Below are positions 49,836-58,014 of a stretch of 64,000 bases of DNA, piece by piece. A model generated the notes under the pieces. The model ran no database searches, was not told the DNA's origin, and worked only from the letters and a program-made list of their open reading frames with translations. A program made the translations under genes and the position numbers. Numbering within the stretch: position 1 is the stretch's first letter; each line of letters starts with the position of its first letter. Source of the stretch: Aigarchaeota archaeon. Its GTDB lineage: Archaea > Thermoproteota > Nitrososphaeria_A > Caldarchaeales > Wolframiiraptoraceae. The stretch lies in contig JANXDS010000001.1 of NCBI GenBank assembly GCA_025059205.1, positions 76,014 through 140,013 of the forward strand. Direction: 5' to 3'.

Positions 49836-50809
49836 TCTCTAACACCCCATACCCTACGCATGATTGATTTTGGCAAAGTGTATCTGTAAAACGTCCCTAA
49901 CGGGTCCTTTATCTGCAGTACAAGTTTTCTAACGTCCTCATCACTTACACCCGCCTCACCTTCTAGGCCTATCACGGAAGATAAGGCAGATAGCATCCTG
50001 GCGCCCTGATCGCGGGACTCTGATGTCGGTCCCATACAACCCCTGCAGGGAATGTTCACAGTCGGACATATCGCGTCGCAACCACCTCTGGTTGCAGGGC
50101 CCATGCAAACTATACCTTGCTCAAGAAGACACTTTTCGGCATCCGGAACAATCTGATGGTAACGTTTTATCTCAGTTATTCTTTTATTCTCACGGATACG
50201 CTTACAATCATCGCAGACAGACTTCATCGAACCGAATACTGTGCCCTTTGGTGGAAGTTTTCCGGAAAGTGCAGCGACCAGCGCGTCAGCCGTTAATTTG
50301 AGTGGTGGTGGACAGCCTGGCAAATAATAATCCACTTTGACCACTTGATCGAGTGATTTGACAGTCTCAAGGAGTTCTGGTACTGTTAACTCTCCACCGT
50401 CAACCTTCGTTATTTTATACGGCACGATTCCTTGCTGGTTTACGGTGCTTAAACTCTTTATGTATGCCTTTTGAAGGATACTGTCCCGTGAGGCGACGTT
50501 TGCGAGACCGGGTATACCGCCGAAGCAAGCGCACGCTCCAAATGCTATTAGATTCTTTGCCTTTTTCCTCGCAAGTTTAGCCATCTCTTCCGTCTCGTCG
50601 TTGTTCACGGCACCTTCAAAGAGCACTATATCTATTGAACCGTCCGGTAGTTTCTCCAAGTCCTCCAACTTTAAGTCTGCGGCCGTCGGCCAGTAAGCTA
50701 TTTCCGTAGCTATTAGAACATCAATTATCTTTTCGCCCAAGTCCAGGAGTGAATAATCGCAGCCAGCGCAGTTCGCTCCGGGTATTATGGCCAGCTTTGG
50801 TTTACTCAA
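49832..50809 (-). CDS. mvhG: [NiFe] hydrogenase small subunit MvhG; start corrected to TTG (MSKPKLAIIPGANCAGCD) preceded by GGAGGTGG
   Basis: The small-subunit N-terminal Cys motif CAGCD. The TTG start overlaps the mvhD stop (TTGA). The longer 365-aa ORF in the track would overlap mvhD by 124 nt. Confidence 0.8.
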   Translation of the reverse strand: MSKPKLAIIPGANCAGCDYSLLDLGEKIIDVLIATEIAYWPTAADLKLEDLEKLPDGSIDIVLFEGAVNNDETEEMAKLARKKAKNLIAFGACACFGGIPGLANVASRDSILQKAYIKSLSTVNQQGIVPYKITKVDGGELTVPELLETVKSLDQVVKVDYYLPGCPPPLKLTADALVAALSGKLPPKGTVFGSMKSVCDDCKRIRENKRITEIKRYHQIVPDAEKCLLEQGIVCMGPATRGGCDAICPTVNIPCRGCMGPTSESRDQGARMLSALSSVIGLEGEAGVSDEDVRKLVLQIKDPLGTFYRYTLPKSIMRRVWGVRE

Positions 50810-51246
50810 ACTACTGCCACCTCCTTCCTCAGTTTTTCTGCGATGCGGTTTGGTCCTAGTTTCCTTATCTGTTCGACAAATTCTTTCGCGATGTTGGCAA
50901 ACCTTTCTCCTTCCGATGCGGAAACCCATTCTAACCTTAATCTTTCTTTTTCAACACCAAACTGTTCAAGTAACCTCTCCAAAAGCATAATCCTCCTTCT
51001 GGTCTTGTAGTTTCCAGATATGTAATGACAATCGCCAGGATGACAACCAGTAACGAGAACACCATCCGCACCGTTTGCAAAAGCCTCGAGTATGTGTACT
51101 GGGTTGATTCTACCGGAACACATTACTCTTATTACTTTAAGGTTATGGGGGTACTGTAGTCGGCTGGTTCCGGCCAGGTCCATTCCAGCGTAGGAGCACC
51201 AGTTACATGCAAAAACCAATATGTTTGGCTCAAAATCCTTTTCCAT
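50806..51246 (-). CDS. mvhD: methyl-viologen-reducing hydrogenase delta subunit MvhD
   Basis: 146 aa, N-terminal ILVFACNWCSY with a [2Fe-2S]-type Cys pattern, between hdrA and mvhG. Confidence 0.85.
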   Translation of the reverse strand: MEKDFEPNILVFACNWCSYAGMDLAGTSRLQYPHNLKVIRVMCSGRINPVHILEAFANGADGVLVTGCHPGDCHYISGNYKTRRRIMLLERLLEQFGVEKERLRLEWVSASEGERFANIAKEFVEQIRKLGPNRIAEKLRKEVAVV

Positions 51247-51252
51247 TTTAAC

Positions 51253-53232
51253 TCACCCCGTAAGCGTTCTTACCATTGCAGAAATCTGTTCGTCATCAAA
51301 CCCGAGTTGTTGGGCTGCTCCAGATGGACATGCAGCTACACATACTCCGCAGCCCTTGCACTTGCTTATGTCGACCTTTGCTACCTGCTTCCCGTCTTCC
51401 TTCTTAACCAGTGATATTGCGTCAAAAGCGCATAGGGGTTGGCATATGCCACAACCGCTGCACAAGTCTTCGTTAATCGAGGATACATAAGGTATAGTTT
51501 CTACGTAGCCCCTCGACATCAGCGCTATGGCCGAAGACGCTGCAGCACCTGCTTGAGCTACTGTATCAGGTATATCCTTTGGTCCTTGTACTGCACCGGC
51601 CAAGAATACGCCATCAACGGACGTCTCAGTAGGTCTGAGCTTTGGATGCAACTCTAACGCAAAACCATCTGGGCCCACCGAACACTTTAGCACCTTGGCA
51701 ACTTCTTTAAATGTTGGATGAGGAACTATGCCCGTCTCAAGGACGATGAGATCTGGTCTAAGTGTTACAACCCTATTTGTGTTCGCATCGAATACGTCGA
51801 AGTAGAGGCTTCCATCAGCATCTTGTAATATTTCCATCGGGCTACCTCTTATGAACTTGACGTTTTCGTAACTTCTAATCCTCTCGTAGAACTCTTCGTA
51901 ACCTTTCCCGAAGGTTCTGATGTCCCTATAACATATGTATACTTCCGCATCCGGTATGTGGCTCACTATGTAGTAAGCGTGCTTCAATCCTGCAACGCAC
52001 CCGAACCTGCAGCAGAACCTTAGATGCTTTTCGTCCCTCGAACCGACGCAGAGGATTATAGCAACCTTTTTCGGCTCTTTTCCGTCGCTAGGTCTGAGTA
52101 TGTGCCCCTTCGTCGGTCCTGTGGCAGAAACAAGCCTCTCCAGTTCCAACCCAGTTATTACGTCCTTGTACTTACGATAACCATATTCTGGCATATTCTT
52201 TGCAACATCGTACAAACCGTATCCAGTAGCCAAGATTATTGCCCCAACTTCAAGCTCTATCTCTTCTGGTTTCTGGTCGAAGTTTATGGCTTTGGGAGGA
52301 CAGAATTTCTCACAGGCTCTACACGTCCCTTTCTGGAAATACATACAATGCTCAGGATCGATTACGGGAATAAGCGGGACCGCTTGCGGAAATTCAAAGT
52401 ATATTGCCTTTCTCTTTCCAAGTCCCAAGTCGAACTCGCTCGGCACGGTCCATGGACATTTTGTGACACAAACACCGCAACCGGTACATTTTGCCTCATT
52501 AACATACCTTGGTTTCTTCAGCAGTTTAACTTTAAAGTTTCCGACAGAACCGTCAATACTTACAACGTCTGTATAGGTGTGGAGGGTTATATTTGGATGT
52601 CTGCTCGCTTCTACCATAAGAGGTGTCAGTATGCACTGAGAGCAGTCGAGTGTCGGAAACGTCTTATCTAACCTAGCCATGTTTCCCCCTATGCTGGGTC
52701 TTGTCTCGACTAAGTGGACTTCGAAACCGGCGTTTGCTATATCAAGCGAAGCTCTGATGCCTGCTATCCCACCACCTATAACCAGCGCCCTCGGTATTAC
52801 CTTGACCTTTTCTACCTTCAATGGTTTTAACAACCTGGCTTTGGCGACTGCAGCTTTAACTATTTTAATGGCTTTTTCCGTCGCTGCAGATTTTTCCTTC
52901 TCGTGAACCCAAGAACAGTGTTCCCTTATATTAGCCATCTCGAAGAGATATGGATTAAGACCCCCCCTCTCAACAGCCCTCTGAAATGTAGGTTCGTGCA
53001 TTCTCGGCGAGCAGGCAGCTACGACGACCCTGTTAAGTTTGTGTTCCTTTATATCCTCTACTATTATATTCTGGCCCGGTTGAGAACACATGAACTGATA
53101 ATCTTTCGCAACCACGACGTTAGGTACTTTTGATAATTCTTCAGCCACTTTCTTTACGTCAACCACGGCTGCTATGTTAACGCCGCAGTGGCATACGTAA
53201 ACACCTATTCTAATCTCTTCGCCTTCAACCAT
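51253..53232 (-). CDS. hdrA: heterodisulfide reductase subunit A (FAD, multiple 4Fe-4S)
   Basis: 659 aa with N-terminal GVYVCHCG, the FAD motif LVIGGGIAGIRA and several CxxCxxCxxxCP ferredoxin motifs. Confidence 0.9.
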   Translation of the reverse strand: MVEGEEIRIGVYVCHCGVNIAAVVDVKKVAEELSKVPNVVVAKDYQFMCSQPGQNIIVEDIKEHKLNRVVVAACSPRMHEPTFQRAVERGGLNPYLFEMANIREHCSWVHEKEKSAATEKAIKIVKAAVAKARLLKPLKVEKVKVIPRALVIGGGIAGIRASLDIANAGFEVHLVETRPSIGGNMARLDKTFPTLDCSQCILTPLMVEASRHPNITLHTYTDVVSIDGSVGNFKVKLLKKPRYVNEAKCTGCGVCVTKCPWTVPSEFDLGLGKRKAIYFEFPQAVPLIPVIDPEHCMYFQKGTCRACEKFCPPKAINFDQKPEEIELEVGAIILATGYGLYDVAKNMPEYGYRKYKDVITGLELERLVSATGPTKGHILRPSDGKEPKKVAIILCVGSRDEKHLRFCCRFGCVAGLKHAYYIVSHIPDAEVYICYRDIRTFGKGYEEFYERIRSYENVKFIRGSPMEILQDADGSLYFDVFDANTNRVVTLRPDLIVLETGIVPHPTFKEVAKVLKCSVGPDGFALELHPKLRPTETSVDGVFLAGAVQGPKDIPDTVAQAGAAASSAIALMSRGYVETIPYVSSINEDLCSGCGICQPLCAFDAISLVKKEDGKQVAKVDISKCKGCGVCVAACPSGAAQQLGFDDEQISAMVRTLTG

Positions 53233-54107
53233 TAGACCCTCATCTCCTCGAGTAAAACTTCGACCGGACTCATGTTCAAGTTCATCCCCAGCTCCTTCTC
53301 GTCTAAGCCTAATGCAAGACCCAACAACTGCGTATAGTAAAGCGCTGGGATCGAAACGCTTTGGTCGCCGGTTATCGTTTTAGCAGCATCTTGCTTTCCG
53401 TCGAGCATTTCTATACAATACGGACACAGGCTAGTTATAGCCCTCGAACCCACAGCCAGTGCCTTTTTTATCCTAGAGGCCGTAACCCTTATCGCCGCCT
53501 CAGGCGAATAAGGAAGTATGGCTGCCCCACAACATTCATACTTTTCGGGATAATCTCTCGCCCTAAGGCCTATGGCCTCGATCAACCTATCCAACTTAAG
53601 TGGACCATTTCTTGTCTCTGGCCTCGGGAACTCCGTCGGTCTAATCAGATGACAGCCAGGATGAGAAGAAACCGGCATTTCCGGTAGCTTCCTCTTTATC
53701 GCAGATGTTATCTTTTCAACACCTATCTTGTCGTGCAAAACTTCTACCGGATGATAAACCGTTGCTTTGCCTGTGTATCTTAACCCTTCCTCTCTAAGAA
53801 GCTCGTTCACAGCATTCATAAGTGGCGGATTCAACTTTAACTTGTAGATCGTTTCCGTTAGGTTTAGGTGGCAACCGTTACATGGTGAGACGATATCCAA
53901 ACCTTGCGACTCGGCTATCGCCATGATCCTTGCGCACGCATAATATGGGTAGAACCTACTTATCCCCTTCATAGGAACTCCGCAACAATTCATATCCTTA
54001 GGGTATTCCAACTCTACACCTAATAGTGGTAAAGTGCCCCTCAACGATAACTCATAACCGTACTGTTTCGTCGCGGTGGTGCAACCTAAATAAAGTAGAA
54101 ACCTCAT
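53232..54107 (-). CDS. hdrB: heterodisulfide reductase subunit B (two CCG domains)
   Basis: CCGVP and CCGAA Cys-rich CCG-domain motifs. Size 291 aa. Confidence 0.9.
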   Translation of the reverse strand: MRFLLYLGCTTATKQYGYELSLRGTLPLLGVELEYPKDMNCCGVPMKGISRFYPYYACARIMAIAESQGLDIVSPCNGCHLNLTETIYKLKLNPPLMNAVNELLREEGLRYTGKATVYHPVEVLHDKIGVEKITSAIKRKLPEMPVSSHPGCHLIRPTEFPRPETRNGPLKLDRLIEAIGLRARDYPEKYECCGAAILPYSPEAAIRVTASRIKKALAVGSRAITSLCPYCIEMLDGKQDAAKTITGDQSVSIPALYYTQLLGLALGLDEKELGMNLNMSPVEVLLEEMRV

Positions 54108-54109
54108 AC

Positions 54110-54538
54110 CTAAATAGCCCCCTTCAACCTTTCAAACCCTATTAGCAGTACGTGTTGCCTGAACTTCTCGATATCTTTCGGTTTTGGCATCTCGGGTAGG
54201 CCCAGTTCCGTCCTAGAAACTTCCTCAAAATCCTTTGACATTATATACGTAGGTTCTTGAATGTGGCCGACCTTCAATATGGATTTTGCCATTTCAACGA
54301 AGGATTTCGGAGGCGCTATCCCTCTTTCGATAGCCTCGTTTCTAAGTGACATAACTACCTCAAACGGCGAAACTCGTTGGGGACAGTATTCTACGCACTT
54401 TAAGCAAACCGAACATGCCCATATCACATCGCTATTTATAAGCTCATCAGAATAGCCTGCCTTTACTAGGGCCACGATTTCGTGGGGTCTGTACTTATTG
54501 ACGACTTTTGTGGCTGTACATCCGCTAGAGCACTTCAT
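54110..54538 (-). CDS. hdrC: heterodisulfide reductase subunit C (short form)
   Basis: 142 aa with the ferredoxin-type motif CSVCLKCVEYCP plus N-terminal Cys residues. It is first in the hdrCBA-mvhDGA operon. Confidence 0.78.
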   Translation of the reverse strand: MKCSSGCTATKVVNKYRPHEIVALVKAGYSDELINSDVIWACSVCLKCVEYCPQRVSPFEVVMSLRNEAIERGIAPPKSFVEMAKSILKVGHIQEPTYIMSKDFEEVSRTELGLPEMPKPKDIEKFRQHVLLIGFERLKGAI

Positions 54539-54773
54539 ACATTGATAACATAGTTGCGGCCTAAGTTCCCTTATTGCATCTTCTAGTGAAATTTTAAACG
54601 TAAATACTCAGCCCCCTAACTTAATTAGGAAACAAATGCCTTAAATTTAAGTTTCAAATATTATTTATGATTCGCGCTCCACAAAAACTAATGATGTAAA
54701 TACTTTAATTATTAACTTGATTGCCGATAACGTCTACTATATGTTGTAGACTAGACTATGTTTTATATGGCTA

Positions 54774-57065
54774 ATGAAAAAGATCAGGGCTGAGGTAAGC
54801 GTTTCGGGCATAGTTCAAGGGGTGGGCTTTAGACCGTTCGTTTACAGAATCGCCGTTAGTAGGGGACTTAGGGGATTCGTCCAGAATCTAAAGGACGCAT
54901 CCGTTAGAATAGTCGTAGAAGGACCTGAATCACACATAAGGTCTTTCTTAGATGCTTTGGTTGAAGAAAAACCACCTTTAGCTCGTATAACCAGGATCAA
55001 TGTAAATTACTCGGAACCAAAGAACGAATTCGTGGATTTCAAGATACTAAAGAGTTCAGAGCAGGGCTCGCTCACAAGCTCCGTGATACCGGCGGATGTT
55101 GCAATATGCGACGAATGTGTTAAGGAACTCTTAAATCCTACTGATAGGAGGTTCGGCTACTTCTTTATAACGTGCACAAACTGTGGGCCAAGATTTACTG
55201 CTATATTGGACACACCGTACGACAGGCAAAATACATCTATGAGAGATTTTCCGATATGCGAGTTGTGTAGTTCTGAATATATGGACCCATCGAACAGGAG
55301 GTTTCACGCTCAAACGATAGCATGCCCCGCTTGTGGTCCAGTAGTTTATCTAACAACGAACGATGGAGAAATTGTTGCATGCAAAGAACCGATAAAGGAA
55401 GCAGCTAAGCTTATCGACGAAGGATATATAGTAGCCGTAAAAGGGAACGGCGGCTTTCATGTAGCAACAGCAACGACAATCTCAGAGCCTATAGTAAGGC
55501 TTAGGAAGGCTAAGCATAGACGACAGAAACCCTTTGCAATAATGGCTAAAGATCTAAAGACCATAAAATCTTTTGCCATAATTAATAAACAAGAGGAAGT
55601 AGTACTCACGTCACCGGCACGCCCCATCGTTTTATTACGTAAAAGTGAGGACTACTATCTATCTGAAGAGATAGCGCCGGGCCTACACAACATAGGTGTT
55701 ATGTTACCATATACAGGCCTACATCTTTTACTGCTGCTCAATAGTAAGGAGCCGGCATACGTTATGACGAGCGCAAACCCGTCGGGCGAGCCAATAGTTA
55801 TACATAATCAGGAGGCCTATGCGAGAATTGGAAAAGATGTTGATTATTTGCTCCTTCACAATCGGGAAATCGTGAATAGATGTGATGATTCTGTAGTAAG
55901 GGTAATTGGTGAGTCTATCAGTTTTATACGCCGTTCAAGAGGTTATGTGCCAGAGCCGATTATTTTACCACATAATTCTAATAAAAACGTCTTTGCTTTA
56001 GGAGGTGAACTTAACGTTACTGCTTGTATCCTCATGGGTGATAAAGCGTTCTTAACGCAGCATATTGGCGATGTAGAATGTGTAGAAACTTACGAGTTTC
56101 TGAAGTCGGCGGTTTACCATCTGGCTAAGCTTACCAGAGCGCAGCCGGAGGTGATAGCCCACGATCTACATCCAGGATTCCAGACAACTAGGCTTGCGGA
56201 GGAACTAGCTGAAAGGTTTAGGATACCAACGTTGGCTATCCAGCACCATCATGCGCATGTCGCCTCAGTAATGGCAGAACATGGGTTAGAGGAAGTCGTA
56301 GGAATAGCATGCGATGGATTTGGTTATGGTAGCGACGGCTTGGCGTGGGGTGGTGAAGTTCTTTTATGCGATAGTAGCGGTTACCGCCGTTTAGGACATC
56401 TAGAAAACCATCCAATGCCAGGTGGTGACCTAGCCGCAAAGTATCCAGCGAGGATGGTCGCAGGAATATTGTTCGGTTCGGACATATGTGAAAGATGGTT
56501 ATTTTCGAATGTTGATAAACTCCCAAGAGGAAGGGACGAAGCAGAACTGATACTGAAACAGATTAAAAGTGGAAGAAACATAAAGACTTCGAGTGTCGGC
56601 AGAGTTCTGGATAGTATTGCGGCCATATTGGGCGTATGTCACGAGAGGACCTACGAGGGCGAGCCTGCTATGAAACTTGAATCCGCAGCGATAGGCGGAT
56701 CAGATATCTTGGGGTTGAAACCAGAAATAAAAGGTAGAGTCCTGCTCACAAAGCATATTGTAGAATCGATAGCTGAAATAGCGATGAAAGGTTTAAACCA
56801 AGAGAAGATAAGGGACCTTGCCTTCTCAGCCCAGAATTATTTAGCGCTAGGATTAGCTGAGCTCGCCTTGGAAATAGCCGCTAGCGAAGGTGTGAAGAAC
56901 ATTGTTTTTACAGGTGGTGTGGCATACAATGAGCAAATAACGATGACAATACGACGAGCAGTCGAGACCAGAGGTTTGAAGTTTTACACAAATACGAAGG
57001 TTCCACCTGGCGATGGTGGACTTTCGTTCGGTCAAGCAGTAATTGCAGCCAAATTAAGCGATTAG
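54774..57065 (+). CDS. hypF: [NiFe] hydrogenase maturation carbamoyltransferase HypF
   Basis: 763 aa with an acylphosphatase domain (VSGIVQGVGFRPFV), two zinc-finger pairs (CxxC...CxxC), a YrdC domain and a Kae1-like C-terminal domain. Confidence 0.9.
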   Translation: MKKIRAEVSVSGIVQGVGFRPFVYRIAVSRGLRGFVQNLKDASVRIVVEGPESHIRSFLDALVEEKPPLARITRINVNYSEPKNEFVDFKILKSSEQGSLTSSVIPADVAICDECVKELLNPTDRRFGYFFITCTNCGPRFTAILDTPYDRQNTSMRDFPICELCSSEYMDPSNRRFHAQTIACPACGPVVYLTTNDGEIVACKEPIKEAAKLIDEGYIVAVKGNGGFHVATATTISEPIVRLRKAKHRRQKPFAIMAKDLKTIKSFAIINKQEEVVLTSPARPIVLLRKSEDYYLSEEIAPGLHNIGVMLPYTGLHLLLLLNSKEPAYVMTSANPSGEPIVIHNQEAYARIGKDVDYLLLHNREIVNRCDDSVVRVIGESISFIRRSRGYVPEPIILPHNSNKNVFALGGELNVTACILMGDKAFLTQHIGDVECVETYEFLKSAVYHLAKLTRAQPEVIAHDLHPGFQTTRLAEELAERFRIPTLAIQHHHAHVASVMAEHGLEEVVGIACDGFGYGSDGLAWGGEVLLCDSSGYRRLGHLENHPMPGGDLAAKYPARMVAGILFGSDICERWLFSNVDKLPRGRDEAELILKQIKSGRNIKTSSVGRVLDSIAAILGVCHERTYEGEPAMKLESAAIGGSDILGLKPEIKGRVLLTKHIVESIAEIAMKGLNQEKIRDLAFSAQNYLALGLAELALEIAASEGVKNIVFTGGVAYNEQITMTIRRAVETRGLKFYTNTKVPPGDGGLSFGQAVIAAKLSD

Positions 57066-57189
57066 TGTTACGATTTCTACTGGTAGGCTGTAATATAGGC
57101 CCCATAATGGGGGTGCTATAAAGTTAGCAAAGGGTATCCGACGACCGAGAAGCAGATATAAGGCAGCAATCATTAAATCATATGATTAT

Positions 57190-57987
57190 ATGAGCTCGTC
57201 TGAAAAGATTGGAAGTAACATAACAGTCAGTGAGAGAGTCAAAAAGGCGATGCAAAACCTAGGCCTTACAGATTACGAGATTAGGGCATACCTTCCTCTT
57301 ATTCAGATAGGTCCGTTGACCGCTAGTGAGTTAAGTAACATAGCTGAGATACCTTATTCGAAAATTTACGAAGTGTTAGGAAGCCTAGAAGAGAAAGGAT
57401 GGGTTGAAGTGGAAGGTGGAAGGCCTGCAAGGTATCATGCAAAATCTCCTGTTACAGCAGTCGAGACTATGAAGTTAAAACTCGAGGAAAAACTCCAACA
57501 AAATAGCGATATAATAATATCTGAACTCATGCCAATCTTTGAAGATAGGTGGGCTAAAGAAAAACCAGACATTTGGATATTAAGAGGGGAACATAATATC
57601 TTAACTAAACTAAAGGAACTCATCGCTAATTGCGAGCGAGAACTCTTGTTGGCAACACCGATGCTTCCTAAGGAGATTTTGCGTACGTTGTTACCATTCT
57701 TTATAACAATCAAGGGGAAGAACGGTAGAGTACAGATAATGCTCACATCGGATACTGATCAACAGACATTAAGGAAGATAGCCGAAGTTGCAGAAGTCAG
57801 AATCAGAGAGCATATGTTTGGTTGTGGTGCAATTCGTGATTTGAGAGAAGTTATGATAATATTTGCAGCCGAAAACGGAAAGAGACCAGCCATAGCTATC
57901 TGGTCGGAGCATACAAGCTTGGCAAAGTTTGCTAGGGATTACTTTGACTATCTTTGGAATAGTGCGTACACAGTAAAAAAAGTTTAA
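57190..57987 (+). CDS. trmB: TrmB-family transcriptional regulator
   Basis: N-terminal wHTH (LGLTDYEIRAYLPLIQIGPLTASELSNIAEIPYSKIYEVLGSLEEKGWV) plus a C-terminal effector domain. Size 265 aa. Confidence 0.65.
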   Translation: MSSSEKIGSNITVSERVKKAMQNLGLTDYEIRAYLPLIQIGPLTASELSNIAEIPYSKIYEVLGSLEEKGWVEVEGGRPARYHAKSPVTAVETMKLKLEEKLQQNSDIIISELMPIFEDRWAKEKPDIWILRGEHNILTKLKELIANCERELLLATPMLPKEILRTLLPFFITIKGKNGRVQIMLTSDTDQQTLRKIAEVAEVRIREHMFGCGAIRDLREVMIIFAAENGKRPAIAIWSEHTSLAKFARDYFDYLWNSAYTVKKV

Positions 57988-58014
57988 AGTCACTGATAGA
58001 CGAGCTCGAGCCGT

